64,000 nt of DNA from Octopus bimaculoides (lineage: Eukaryota): positions 9,999,444 through 10,063,443 of the forward strand of contig NC_068992.1 of the NCBI RefSeq assembly GCF_001194135.2, in the 5' to 3' direction. The notes beneath the pieces were generated by a model that had not been told where the DNA came from, ran no database searches, and saw only the letters and a program-made list of their open reading frames with translations. Below, one piece after another: positions 26,790 through 64,000 of the stretch. Numbering within the stretch: the first letter of the stretch is position 1; each line of letters begins with the position of its first letter. A program made the position numbers and the translations under genes.

Positions 26790-27789
26790 NNNNNNNNNNN
26801 NNNNNNNNNNNNNNNNNNNNNNNNNNNNNNNNNNNNNNNNNNNNNNNNNNNNNNNNNNNNNNNNNNNNNNNNNNNNNNNNNNNNNNNNNNNNNNNNNNNN
26901 NNNNNNNNNNNNNNNNNNNNNNNNNNNNNNNNNNNNNNNNNNNNNNNNNNNNNNNNNNNNNNNNNNNNNNNNNNNNNNNNNNNNNNNNNNNNNNNNNNNN
27001 NNNNNNNNNNNNNNNNNNNNNNNNNNNNNNNNNNNNNNNNNNNNNNNNNNNNNNNNNNNNNNNNNNNNNNNNNNNNNNNNNNNNNNNNNNNNNNNNNNNN
27101 NNNNNNNNNNNNNNNNNNNNNNNNNNNNNNNNNNNNNNNNNNNNNNNNNNNNNNNNNNNNNNNNNNNNNNNNNNNNNNNNNNNNNNNNNNNNNNNNNNNN
27201 NNNNNNNNNNNNNNNNNNNNNNNNNNNNNNNNNNNNNNNNNNNNNNNNNNNNNNNNNNNNNNNNNNNNNNNNNNNNNNNNNNNNNNNNNNNNNNNNNNNN
27301 NNNNNNNNNNNNNNNNNNNNNNNNNNNNNNNNNNNNNNNNNNNNNNNNNNNNNNNNNNNNNNNNNNNNNNNNNNNNNNNNNNNNNNNNNNNNNNNNNNNN
27401 NNNNNNNNNNNNNNNNNNNNNNNNNNNNNNNNNNNNNNNNNNNNNNNNNNNNNNNNNNNNNNNNNNNNNNNNNNNNNNNNNNNNNNNNNNNNNNNNNNNN
27501 NNNNNNNNNNNNNNNNNNNNNNNNNNNNNNNNNNNNNNNNNNNNNNNNNNNNNNNNNNNNNNNNNNNNNNNNNNNNNNNNNNNNNNNNNNNNNNNNNNNN
27601 NNNNNNNNNNNNNNNNNNNNNNNNNNNNNNNNNNNNNNNNNNNNNNNNNNNNNNNNNNNNNNNNNNNNNNNNNNNNNNNNNNNNNNNNNNNNNNNNNNNN
27701 NNNNNNNNNNNNNNNNNNNNNNNNNNNNNNNNNNNNNNNNNNNNNNNNNNNNNNNNNNNNNNNNNNNNNNNNNNNNNNNNNNNNNNNNN
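26790..27789. other. Largest assembly gap (1000 N). Other large gaps: 6005-6442, 7065-7707, 11845-12134, 14075-14683, 25352-25852, 32623-33010, 34378-34795, 35755-36089, 42704-43358, 63063-63325
   Basis: N runs; most are bordered by microsatellites or family B SINEs. Confidence 0.99.
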
Positions 27790-28192
27790 AGTTTGGTTCA
27801 CCTACAGCATCATCACCATAAACTTCACAAATGCTTTTTTACAAATCCTTGCAGCATTTTCTCCTTTTTTTTTTAAAAAAAAAGCATTACAACACAAATA
27901 TGAAATTTTTGGTTATCCATTTCAAATGTCAATAAAGGGTAACCAGAATGAAAGATAAATCTATTTTTAGTCAGGAATAAAGAAGAGATGCACTACCATA
28001 TACATCATCATCTTCGTCATCATCGTCATTTAATGTCCGCTTTATGTGTGTGTGTGTGTGTTATAATTCAACTGTTACCCACTTGAGTGCATATGTTAGT
28101 AATTCGCAATCCTATTTATATTACATCATCATAATTTTAACCACAGAGAAACACACGTAATATGATGATGATGATGATGATGATAATGATGG

Positions 28193-28226
<34 letters not shown>

Positions 28227-28436
28227 AATGATGATGATGATGTTGTTGAGTATGCTTTACATTTTAATTTTGGGGAACTGTCCTATTTATTTAAAAAATT
28301 TTAAGAATATTTTCAAATATGAATTAATATTTTGAAATTAGAATCTTAAATGTAGAACTGAATTTGATATTAAACTGTTGCAAAAAAAAAAATCTATTCA
28401 TCCATGATTTGGGTCACCCATTTAAGCCTTCATTTT

Positions 28437-28514
<78 letters not shown>

Positions 28515-28545
28515 GTCATCATCTCCACCACCACCATCATCATTT
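28437..28545. repeat. (CAT)n microsatellite
   Basis: Read directly from the sequence; produces the His/Ile ORFs in the track. Confidence 0.95.
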
Positions 28546-29401
28546 TAATGCCATTTGTTTTTTGTTTTTGTTTTTCTGCTTCTTCCGTATGTGCAGCAAT
28601 GCAACAAGTTTTGCAGCCACAGACTCACAGCACATTTTCAATCATATTAATATTTATTCCCGAGATTTTTCATCATATCTCACACATCTAGTCTCTCCAT
28701 TCCTTTCCCAGTTCTTACATACTTACTTCGTCTGCCTTTTTCTACTCTGGCTCCGCTTTTTTTTTTTCCTCATTAACTCCACAATGCCTTTTCTTCTTTT
28801 CCTCATCCTTCCCTTTTTCCCCCTCTCGATAAATGCAGCATCTCACTTGCATCACATGCCGATAGCAGTGCAGTTGCCTTTCTCTGTACACACATCAACC
28901 AATGCCTGGCTGCTTCTGCAGCTGACTTCCAGCATGCCTTTCGTGCAAGTTAATGATGCACATCAAACATTGTGCATCTCAAAATTACACATTGGATACT
29001 TTTAATGGCCAGCTGCTTTCACAGATCACTTCCAGTCAGCCTTTCAGGGATTATATCAGTGAATGTCAACCATTCAAGACCCAGAGTTACCTCGTGTTCA
29101 AGTCAGGGGAAATTGATGGAGTGGTTGTTAGAGAGTTGGAAGGAAGAGCTAGCTGCATTCATTCTGGCTCTCTGCATTCTGAGATCGAATCATATTGCTG
29201 TCGACTTTGATATTCATCTTTGCAGGGGTCAATGAATAAAAGACCAGTTGAGATTGGTGGATCAACCACTTGGTTTCAGGTTCAATCCTAATGAGGTATG
29301 ACACTTCATGTAAATGTATTGTACCATACTTTTGGAGAGACTAATGTCTACACATCAAAGGAACTCATCAACAGAAGCTGACAAGAAGCTTGTCATGTAT
29401 G

Positions 29402-29462
<61 letters not shown>

Positions 29463-29479
29463 TAGGTTCAGAGTTCATC

Positions 29480-29745
29480 TTAGGCTGGGGTCATGGGTCA
29501 TACTCCCCCAACACAGTTCAGGCTCACAACACATAAATTCACTGCAACACAATTTCTATTCCTCCATAGGCCCTGCTCCATCTAACAATATCCCAGAGCA
29601 AATGAGAAAAGAAAAAGATCCCACCATCTTCAAACAATATCTGGACAAAATCCTTCAAGGAATACCAGATAAGGTATAGGTATACCTGGATACATTTCAG
29701 TCAATAAGAAACTCCCTACTTGAATGGGCCATGATGCCACAAAAC
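29480..29745 (+). mobile_element. CR1/L2-group LINE 3' end
   Basis: FYSSIGP..NNIPEQMRKEKDPTIFKQYLDKILQGIPDK...SLLEW resembles the C-terminus of ORF2. Confidence 0.6.
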
Positions 29746-29859
29746 TTGACTTAAAAATGGCTTAACAGATCATATCAAGTGATGCTAGCGTCATACTAAT
29801 ATATACTTTTGTTATTTACACCACCTGTCCTCGTCTGTTGTTATTATTTGTATATTCTC

Positions 29860-29930
<71 letters not shown>

Positions 29931-30479
29931 ACAACAGATATTGTGTCAATCCACTACAGTTGTTTCCAACAAGTTTTTAATTGATTAATGGAGAAATTAC
30001 ATCCTTAGAAAAAACCGTTTTTTTAAGGTGAATACATGAATCACAACATTCAAAGACATTTGAAAGCCAACAGCGCGTGCCACTTCATGATTCTATGACC
30101 AATTAAAAACTCATTGGAAACAGCTGTAGTGGAGTGATACATTATCCTTCTGTTATTTATTTATTTATTATTCATTATTCACCTCACTCAGAACCTGCAT
30201 TTTGCATGGATCTGAAATATGTTATCAACCGCACATCTAGTGCAACGTGCGTTACCTTGATTATCCTTGGGTTTTGTGCTGTACTCAGTTGGGTTCAGTT
30301 ATTCGTAGACATAACCTGAACATCTTTCCACCTGTACTTTGGTACTCACATGTGTATTCCTCTCCTTTTGTTGTGTAAACACTTTATTTTATGATCCACC
30401 TTGGTGCCTTACCATTTACGTGTCTGATTCACTCAAACTCTGATCTATTATATATATATATATATATACAAACACACAT

Positions 30480-30515
<36 letters not shown>

Positions 30516-31051
30516 CACCCACTTTCAACAGTCTAAAATCAAATATGAACAACCGCAACAACAACTCCAATAGTAGCAGCAAAATAATAATAACAACAAC
30601 AACAACAACAACGACGACGACGCCGACGACAACAACAACAACAACAACATTCACAGTTGCTGGGTTTCCTTGCTTCCACACCTCTTTTCCTGTCCCATAA
30701 TTTGACAGCCAATCATGGCAAAGCAAGATTCCAAGAAACCATAGTGAAACAAAATCTTTCTAGGCCTTTTAATTATGAGCAGCTGAAAATATGATCCCAA
30801 ATATAACGGAGAGATATGTTTATATTCTTGTGCGAAGTCAATATATTTCATCTTTACCTTCCTACACCCCCTCTCTCTAATTCTGGCTCTCTGTCTGTCT
30901 GTCTGACCGACTGTCTCTACATGCACATACAAATACATCTACATATACACACACATATATATGCATATGTTTGTACATATACGTGTGTGCATGTATGTGT
31001 GTGTTTGTGTATGAGCATATATTACATAAATATATATATCCATACATAAAT

Positions 31052-31283
31052 CTCTTTTACTCTTTTACTTGTTTCAGTCATTTGACTGCGGCCATGCTGG
31101 AGCACCGCCTTTAGTCGAGCAAATTGACCCCAGGACTTATTCTTTTGTAAGCCTTGTACTTATTCTATCTTTTGCCGAACTGCTAAGTTACGGGGACGTA
31201 AACACACCAGCATCGGTTGTCAAGCGATGTTGGGGGGCGAAACACAGACACACAAACATACACGCACAAACATATACACACAC

Positions 31284-31329
<46 letters not shown>

Positions 31330-31658
31330 GTNNNNNNNNNNNNNNNNNNNNNNNNNNNNNNNNNNNNNNNNNNNNNNNNNNNNNNNNNNNNNNNNNNNNN
31401 NNNNNNNNNNNNNNNNNNNNNNNNNNNNNNNNNNNNNNNNNNNNNNNNNNNNNNNATATATATATATATATATATATACATACATACATATATACGATGG
31501 GCTTCTTTCAGTTTCCGTCTACCAAATCCACTCACAAGGCTTTGATTGGCCCGAGGCTATAGTAGAAGACACTTACCCAAGGTGCCACGCAGTGGGACTG
31601 AACCCGGAACCATGTGGTTGGTAAGCAAGCTACTTACTACACAGCCACTACTACACCT
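31052..31658 (-). mobile_element. SINE family A; internal microsatellite expanded across an N gap
   Basis: Both halves match family A; gap 31332-31455 lies inside the TA/TATG tract. Confidence 0.85.
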
Positions 31659-32016
31659 GTATGTGTATATATATTATCTATCTATCTATCTATCTGTCTA
31701 TCTATCTATCTATCTGTCTATCTCTCTCTCTCTATATATACATATATATAGAAAGATAGATGGATATAAATAGGTAGATAAACATAGATATATACATATG
31801 TATATGGCATGTGACCACATTATGCACTGAAATTAAAGATGCAGTGCCTTTCTGTCATGTGTTCCTGTGATGACGAACACTTACATCATCATGGCAAAAC
31901 CATGACTCCATCTCTTGGAGATAAACGGTACTTCAATAAAGAACACAAAAACATTGGCAGTCATGTGTGTGTGCTTGTGCGCGTGTGTGTGTGTGTGTAT
32001 ATGTTATATATATTTT

Positions 32017-32066
<50 letters not shown>

Positions 32067-33039
32067 NNNNNNNNNNAATCGTCCAACCCATGCTAGCATG
32101 GAAAGCGGATGTTAAATGATGATGAATGTAAAGACAGATGAAAAGCTGTTAAACATTTTGTCAGTGTGCCACCTTAATAATGACGATGACGACAACGACA
32201 ATGATGATGATGACAATGATGATGATGATGATGATGATGACGATGATAATCCTTTCTACTATAGGCACAAGGCCTGAAATTTTCAGGGAGGGGTAAGTCA
32301 ATTATATTGACCCCAGTGCTCAATTCTACTTATCTTATCAACCCCAGAAAGATGAAAGGCAGAGTCGACCTCAGCAGGATTTGAACTCAGAACTTGAAGT
32401 CAGAAGAGACGGCACCAAGTATTTTGTCCAATGTGCTAATGATTCTGCCAGCTTGAAGAATAAAACAAAGAAATCTGTGAAAAATCTGAAACAAGACAAG
32501 AATAACATAGAAATACCATGGTTTGTATGTGTCATCAGAGCTAGAACAGAGTGTGATGGTGGTGCTGCCATCTGGGGGTGAGGGAGATAAGATGCCTGGA
32601 AAGATGTTATATTTAACAACATNNNNNNNNNNNNNNNNNNNNNNNNNNNNNNNNNNNNNNNNNNNNNNNNNNNNNNNNNNNNNNNNNNNNNNNNNNNNNN
32701 NNNNNNNNNNNNNNNNNNNNNNNNNNNNNNNNNNNNNNNNNNNNNNNNNNNNNNNNNNNNNNNNNNNNNNNNNNNNNNNNNNNNNNNNNNNNNNNNNNNN
32801 NNNNNNNNNNNNNNNNNNNNNNNNNNNNNNNNNNNNNNNNNNNNNNNNNNNNNNNNNNNNNNNNNNNNNNNNNNNNNNNNNNNNNNNNNNNNNNNNNNNN
32901 NNNNNNNNNNNNNNNNNNNNNNNNNNNNNNNNNNNNNNNNNNNNNNNNNNNNNNNNNNNNNNNNNNNNNNNNNNNNNNNNNNNNNNNNNNNNNNNNNNNN
33001 NNNNNNNNNNGGGGGGAGGGAAGAGGAAAGCAGCTTGAT

Positions 33040-33560
33040 TGTGAAAATAATGCTGGAGATGAGGAGTAGGAGGAGAGAGGATAGAAGCAGAGAGTGGTGG
33101 GAGGGCAGAGGCTAATGACAATGGTCATAGTGATTGTGATGATTGTGATGATGGTGACGGATAACGATGACGACGGCAATGATGATGATGATGACGATGA
33201 TAGTGGTGGTAGTATTGCTAATACTGCTGCTGCTGCTGAAGGTGATGACGATGATGACACTAGTGACAACATGTCGGACAGTGACCCACAGCAACAATAA
33301 CAACGGAAGACAGAGGGCGCTGACGATGATAATGATGGTAGTGACAATGGATGATGAGGAAGATGATGATGATGATGATGGTGATGGTGACGATGATATT
33401 GATGGTGCTGCTGATGATGTTGATGATAATGATGTGGGTGTTGCTGATGTATTGATAACAAAAATGATGGTGAGGAGGAGGAGGAGAGGGGGAGGATGAG
33501 GGGGAGGAGGATGAGGAGGATAAACAATGACAATGGCGACATCGAAAGTAAAGCATTGCA
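33040..33560. repeat. Compound GAT/GGT/GCT/GGA trinucleotide low-complexity tract
   Basis: Read directly from the sequence; similar tracts at 11800-12375, 15945-16150 and 57660-57960. Confidence 0.85.
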
Positions 33561-34241
33561 TTTATTCATTTGTTTTGCCAAGTAAATAAATACACACTCC
33601 CCCCTCCCCCATGAATCTACACACATATGTATACATATGTATATACATGTGTGTGTGTGTGTGTGTGTACACATGCCTGTGTGTGTATGTGTGTGTGTCT
33701 ACATCTAAGTACACACACATTTTTGTTTAGTCTGTTTGTTTATCAGACAGTCTGTCTGCCAGCCTGTCTGCCAGCCTGTCAGTATGTCAGTCTGTCAGTC
33801 TACCTGTCTGGTGGTATTTTGTTGGTAGTGCCAAGAAAACATGTAGAAATCCTTAAATTCTATTCGGCTTTGCATTGTCATGAAACCAATATTGGCATTT
33901 AAAGACTTGGGCTGGCAGCTTCCAACCCAACAGGTTTCTTGTTACATTCTTCTTTACTCTCTTCATCTCCTCTTTTCTTCTTTTATATTCTTCATCTGTG
34001 TTAGTGTTCTTGTGGTTATTGCTGTTGCTCTGGTGGTTGTTGATGCCATTGTTCTGATTTCTTTTTTATATTTGTCTTTGGCTTTATTTTATGTTTTGTT
34101 TGTATTCTTGATTCTTTTATTCTCATTCATTTTTGCATTCCATTTTTCCTTCTCCTTCTCTCTTTCTTTTACTTTCTTTTGTTAGATCTTGTTATTTCAC
34201 ATGCATATGTGTGTTGTATAAGCAAATTCATGCATGCATGT

Positions 34242-34277
<36 letters not shown>

Positions 34278-34795
34278 CATCATCATCGTCATTTAACGTC
34301 CGCTTTCCATGCTAGCATGGGTTGGACGATTTGACTGAGGACTGGTGAACCAGATGGCTACACCAGGCTCCAATCTGNNNNNNNNNNNNNNNNNNNNNNN
34401 NNNNNNNNNNNNNNNNNNNNNNNNNNNNNNNNNNNNNNNNNNNNNNNNNNNNNNNNNNNNNNNNNNNNNNNNNNNNNNNNNNNNNNNNNNNNNNNNNNNN
34501 NNNNNNNNNNNNNNNNNNNNNNNNNNNNNNNNNNNNNNNNNNNNNNNNNNNNNNNNNNNNNNNNNNNNNNNNNNNNNNNNNNNNNNNNNNNNNNNNNNNN
34601 NNNNNNNNNNNNNNNNNNNNNNNNNNNNNNNNNNNNNNNNNNNNNNNNNNNNNNNNNNNNNNNNNNNNNNNNNNNNNNNNNNNNNNNNNNNNNNNNNNNN
34701 NNNNNNNNNNNNNNNNNNNNNNNNNNNNNNNNNNNNNNNNNNNNNNNNNNNNNNNNNNNNNNNNNNNNNNNNNNNNNNNNNNNNNNNNNNNNNNN

Positions 34796-34839
<44 letters not shown>

Positions 34840-35214
34840 ACAAACTGAGGAAAAGAAATCCTTCAAAGGGGTATGTTAAACATCCAATTCACTCTATGTT
34901 TAATTTAAGATATATGTATGTATGTATATACACAAGCATATATGGGTACAGGGCATCACCAATGGTTCAAACAACATGAAATACGTAAACAAGCGACAAT
35001 ATGTGTCTGTATGAAGAGCTTTCATCATTTAGAAACCTTACTGTTGCTTTTTCTTTAAACTTCTTGTTTCATTATCACAATAATTAAAAAGCATTTCAGA
35101 ATCATTTACTTTTAATGCGAAAAAACAAAACTGACATAATTTCTTGACAGCCAAATTTGGTGCAGCTGTTTGGCTGTGCATAGAGGCAACACACACACAC
35201 ACACGCACACACAC

Positions 35215-35253
<39 letters not shown>

Positions 35254-35263
35254 NNNNNNNNNN

Positions 35264-35304
<41 letters not shown>

Positions 35305-35588
35305 ACCTGACATTCTCCCAATGATGTTCTGAGAGAGTTCTGTGTTTATCAACAAGTCTCACTCAGACAAAATATTATTGCAACTAGTGCCATTCCATGT
35401 TTCTATATACACATCATAAATGTTATAAGCATCAGTATTTTAATCTAACACTTTTTCAAGTGTGTATATTAATATATGTAAATAGATATAAGTCCTTCTC
35501 TCTCTTCCATACACACTCTGTGTGTGTGTGTGTGTGAGTATATATATATATATATATATATATCATCAATATATATATATATATATAG

Positions 35589-35638
<50 letters not shown>

Positions 35639-36089
35639 ATATATATATGTCTGTATATATATATATATATGTATGTATATATATATATATATGCATGTAT
35701 ATGTATATATATATGTATGTATGTATATATATGCATATATGTACATATATATATNNNNNNNNNNNNNNNNNNNNNNNNNNNNNNNNNNNNNNNNNNNNNN
35801 NNNNNNNNNNNNNNNNNNNNNNNNNNNNNNNNNNNNNNNNNNNNNNNNNNNNNNNNNNNNNNNNNNNNNNNNNNNNNNNNNNNNNNNNNNNNNNNNNNNN
35901 NNNNNNNNNNNNNNNNNNNNNNNNNNNNNNNNNNNNNNNNNNNNNNNNNNNNNNNNNNNNNNNNNNNNNNNNNNNNNNNNNNNNNNNNNNNNNNNNNNNN
36001 NNNNNNNNNNNNNNNNNNNNNNNNNNNNNNNNNNNNNNNNNNNNNNNNNNNNNNNNNNNNNNNNNNNNNNNNNNNNNNNNNNNNNNNNN

Positions 36090-36139
<50 letters not shown>

Positions 36140-37276
36140 TTTATTGGTATGTAAATCTATGTGCAAGTGGGTGTATGTGCAAGTGTGCGTTTGTGTGTGT
36201 GTGTGTGTGTATGTAAATATGAATGTATGTGTGTGGTGATGCCTGCCTTGTTTGGCTAGAAATGGAGCTTATGGAAGTACAATACTAATTGTCAAGTGTC
36301 TACAAATATTAACAGACACACATGTACACACACACGTATGCATGCACACACACACACACACACACAATACTTTTTATCACGAAGAACCATCAAGTGGTAT
36401 ACATGCTTACATGCTGATACACACATACACACAGACACACTGACACATACACATATACAAATACACTCCCACTCACATACTCACACACGTACCAATATGC
36501 ACATAAACACTCACATGTGAAAAAAAAAACAACTATCTACATAAATTTCAACAAATGCTTTGTGCTTGACAGCCCGTCACAAATCCATAACTCAAATCTC
36601 ACAGTAGCCATTGCTTCGTGTTCCTTAATGGGCACATAACTCTGTTTGCTTCAGTATGCTTGACTGATCAAAACACACGCACACACTCTATGTTCCTACT
36701 TCACAGCTGTGCATGTCTTTTGATATATAACAGTAGGAAGGATGTATAGCTACACAAAAAACAATTGCTCTACCTCATCAACCATCTGATTTATTCAAGC
36801 ATAGAAAATGAATGTAAAATAATAACTCTCTCCTATGTATCTCCTGGTTTGTTTCAAGTATCCCATATAGGAATAAAATGGTTTCTATAGTTACGGCAAA
36901 GAAGGCCAATCTTGAGAGATTGCGGCACTAAATAAAAGTTATACTTTGTGTGAGAGAAATTTCTGTCTTATCCAAGAAGAAAAGACACAGTTCTTTCTTT
37001 GTCCAAGAGTAAAATGCAACTTGTCTACAAGAGCTTCTTTTGGATATATAGGTGTATATATATCTTTCTCTTTCTCTTTTACTTGTTTCAGTAATTTGAC
37101 TGTGGCTATGCTGGAGCACCGCCTTTAGTCGAGCAAATCGACCCCAGGACTTATTCTTTGTAAACCTAGTACTTATTCTATCGGGATCTTTTGCCGAACT
37201 GCTAAGTTACGGGGACGTAAACACACCAGCATCGGTTGTCAAGTGATGTTGGACAAACACAGACACACAAATATGA

Positions 37277-37327
<51 letters not shown>

Positions 37328-37521
37328 TGTGTGTGTGTACCCTTCCCCCAGGCACATCGACTTGCCTCTGTTCAAGTATCAGAATGATGTACANNNNNNN
37401 NNNTATATATATATATATATATATATGCATGTATACATGTGTATATATATGTATACATACATACAGCCCTCAGAAAAAATTAAGCTAAGAGCATTAGATT
37501 CCTTGGAAGAAAGCAACGAAC

Positions 37522-37555
<34 letters not shown>

Positions 37556-37659
37556 GTGTGTGTACCCTTCCCCCAGGCACATCGACTTGCCTCTGTTCAA
37601 GTATCAGAATGATGTACAAAGCCTGACTTTCCATTCTAAGAGATCCTGTTCCATTTCAT

Positions 37660-39330
37660 GCAATGACTGATATCCATTTTATAGCTGAGGACTTCAATGA
37701 TCATGTTGGGAAACATTAGTATTTGACCCATGGAATCACATAAAGGCACATGGAGGTCATTGCTGTGGCTTAGGATGTGAAGAAGGGGTTCTTGTATTGT
37801 TTATGATACAAATTTAAGAAAACCAGACAGCTGGTCACCTGCTATTCCAGATGTGATGAGGGCAAGAGGAGTTTTATTCTTGCCCATAAAAAGAGTCTGG
37901 TCAATAATTATAAACATTAAGTCCTTAGCAAAAATTTATAATTAATGAGAATCAAGTTGAAAATAAGTTGAAAGACAAATCAGGAATAAAAGAGAGAAGG
38001 TGTTGAAGTTGGAATATTCCTATGTGAGGTGAAGTTTTATTCAGTACTGAGATGCTTATATATAGAGAGAAATTGGGAAGTTAAAAGTACAAGACAGAAT
38101 CATAGGTGGATGGTTGTAATGAATGATACACTCTAAACACTTTTGAAGAATTCTGTGGTTGGAGCAGGGGCTCAGTCAATCAATGCATGACAAGTAATGC
38201 TTAGGCCACAAAGACTAAATGACTGGCCTGATAGGCACAAAAGAAAGGTTTTAGCAGGGTAAAATGTTAAGAATAATACAAAGAATATATATGCATGTAT
38301 ACACACATATATGTACATACTTACATCTACATGTGTATATAGATGCATATCAGGGTACAGGACGTTAGAACAATGAACTACAGACCACGGAATGAACACA
38401 TAGGAAAACAGATAGCCACTTGGAATTAATCCTTTGCCAGCTGCCTCTATTCTAACTAGATGTTTCGAAAAGATGATAGATTTATGTTACCAGGTAAGAG
38501 TCTGTGAGTGAAATGTAAGTTAGTGTTCTGTGTTGGAAGCATGACAAGAATGTTGCATTCTCAATTGCAGTTCATTTTGTTTAGATTTATCAAGATTTCT
38601 TTGAGGGGAAAAGTGTGTCCAAAACAAAACTTACCCTCAATAACAGGGGAAAGAAAGAGGTACGGAAGTGTCACAATGAAACGATGTTTAATAAGAAATA
38701 TGAAAGTGATAGCGAACAATTAATATGAGCAGTACCAATGTAAGAGACACCTTGAGAGATTGCAAAGTATGAAGAAAACGATGTCAGGAAAACAATTTAC
38801 AAGTCTATCAGGGATAGCTGTGAAGATACTAAGAATATATTAATGGTATGCTTATTACTTAGTTAATCAGATTATGCAAGAATGTGTTATTCATCATGAC
38901 TGGTGTAGTAAAATCAATCTAAATTGCTGAGATAGACAAGCTAGAGAGGCTGACGGCTGCTGGAACATGTAATGAAATTAGTTGGGAGCATTATAGTGAA
39001 GTTAATACAAAATAGAATTTATTTGATTAAGATACCATTTTGGTTTGTACCAATATGCTACATTTCTTATGTACTAATGACAAAGAAGTTCTTAGTTAAG
39101 AATATACCACTCTACTTTGCATTTTATAACCTAAAGAAAGCCTTTGGCTGGATCACATGTTCCGTAGTGTGAAAGGTGCTGGGAAAATTTTAGGATAAAT
39201 GAATGAGTCCTGAGGGCAATTGAAGTCATGTACAAAGGATATACAAGCAACTCAATGACTAACAGGGATTTCAATGATGACTGGGTCATACAAGGAAGTA
39301 TCCATTATTTTCCTGTTCTCACTTTTATCT
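37660..39330 (+). mobile_element. Highly degenerate RTE-clade LINE (endonuclease and RT remnants) with a nested insertion near 38270-38500
   Basis: FIAEDFNDHVGKH (EN motif GDFNGHVG) near 37675; KFLVKNIPLYFAFYNLKKAFGWI..VLRAIEVMYKG (RT motif F.D.EKAFD) near 39080-39240; many stops. Confidence 0.7.
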
Positions 39331-39488
39331 AATCTGTCTTCAGACAGTAATGGTAGGTCCATTACTGGGATGTCCTTAATAATTTCATAGTGAAAATGCT
39401 TGGTTTAGTGGTTAGGGCATTCAGCTCCCAATTGTAAGGTTATAAATTCAATTACTGGTGGTATTTCTTAGTCAAAGACTTGATGTAA

Positions 39489-39524
<36 letters not shown>

Positions 39525-39827
39525 ATGTATGTATAATGTTAAATATTCCTGGGTGTGTTGAATTAATATAAAGAAAATGCTTTTGCCTAAGGAGCCTTAA
39601 AGTTTTAAAGAATCTGATATATTTTGGTGGGGATGCTCTTTGATTGTTGGAGTTCACTCTCTGAAGGTCAATCCACTTAAGTGATTTTGATCAGGAGGTT
39701 GGTGTGCTTCTTGTATCAGTCCTTTTCTGAGATGCTTCAGAGTGTAGAGTTACAGGTTGATAGGATTTACTTCTTCATATACCTATCTGTGTGTGTGTGT
39801 GAGTGTGTGTATTTCTTTGATTTTTTT

Positions 39828-40001
39828 TAACTTGTTTCATTCATTTGACTTCGGCCATGCTGGAGCACCACCTTTAGTTGAACAAATCAACCTCAGGACT
39901 TATTCTTTGTAAGCCTGATACTTATTCTATCGGTCTCTCTTCATTTGATGGTGGTGGTGGTGGTGGGGGGACAAACACAGACACACAAATATACACACAC
40001 A

Positions 40002-40056
<55 letters not shown>

Positions 40057-40442
40057 ACACAAGATGGGCTTCTTTCAGCTTCCGCCTACCAAATCCACNN
40101 NNNNNNNNNNNNNNNNNNNNNNNNNNNNNNNNNNNNNNNNNNNNNNNNNNNNNNNNNNNNNNNNNNNNNNNNNNNNNNNNNNNNNNNNNNNNNNNNNNNN
40201 NNNNNNNNNNNNNNNNNNNNNNNNNNNNNNNNNNNNNNNNNNNNNNNNNNNNNNNNNNNNNNNNNNNNNNNNNNNNNNNNNTATATATATATATATATAT
40301 ATGAAGGGCTTCTATTAGTTTCCATCTACCAAATCCACTCACAAGGCTTTGGTCAGCCTGAGGCTATAGTAGAAGACACATGCCCAAGGTGCCACATCCA
40401 GAGCCATGTGATTGGGAAGCGAGCTTCTTACCATACAGCCAC
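39828..40442 (-). mobile_element. SINE family A about 370 bp upstream of the AP5B1 ATG, gap inside
   Basis: Family A tail, body and head segments; the central segment appears on both sides of gap 40099-40281. Confidence 0.75.
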
Positions 40443-40810
40443 ACACAGACACAGACACACAGACAGACAGACACACACACACACAACCGTACACTCATAC
40501 AAGCATGCAAATCCACACACACACTCACTCATAAAGCCATACTCATACACACACACACACACACAAGCATACACTCTTACAACCACACAAATTCACACAC
40601 GCCCATACTCATACAACCATACACATGCACGCACATACACCATACACACATGCATACACAAACATACACATAGTTTACTATGAAACACACACACACACAC
40701 ACATATATGTGCATGTATGAAGATATATTGGTCGGAAATGTTTTAACTAGGGGAACATCTCTGTTCAATCACCGATTTGGTTTTCCTCGACAGTGTTCTC
40801 CCCTCAAAAA

Positions 40811-64000
<23,190 letters not shown>

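Noticed and set aside
28364-29005. 213-aa His-rich ORF
   Set aside because: Built on (CAT)n and poly-T tracts; no domain and no plausible splice context.
32613-33674. 353-aa Ser/His-rich ORF and overlapping Asp-rich ORFs
   Set aside because: Compound trinucleotide repeats plus an N gap.

Overview
AT-rich, microsatellite-dense and retroposon-dense animal genomic DNA with about 15 large N gaps. The SINE families and (TA)n/(CA)n/(CAT)n density point to an octopus (coleoid cephalopod) draft assembly; this is inference. One protein-coding gene is well supported, and the six-frame track does not show it. It is a + strand, intron-rich orthologue of AP-5 complex subunit beta-1 (AP5B1). I reconstructed 15 coding exons (40811 to the window end, about 574 aa, every intron GT-AG and phase-consistent), and the gene continues past the window. 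The first 40 kb has no convincing exons. It holds several tRNA-headed SINE families, DD37D (maT) Tc1/mariner derivatives, RTE and CR1/L2 LINE relics, and short Penelope-like elements. The AP5B1 introns also carry R4/Dong, HERO-like and Tx1 LINE relics and a piggyBac-like MITE. The most interesting unexplained signal is a set of minimal hammerhead-ribozyme-like folds (about 1904-1944 +, 24013-24048 +, 52686-52723 -, degenerate at 21594-21629 -). They lie in short non-autonomous elements, most of them next to (TA)n. One is joined to a tRNA-like Pol III head in a twin-priming-like inversion. Nearly all long ORFs in the track are microsatellite or N-gap artefacts.
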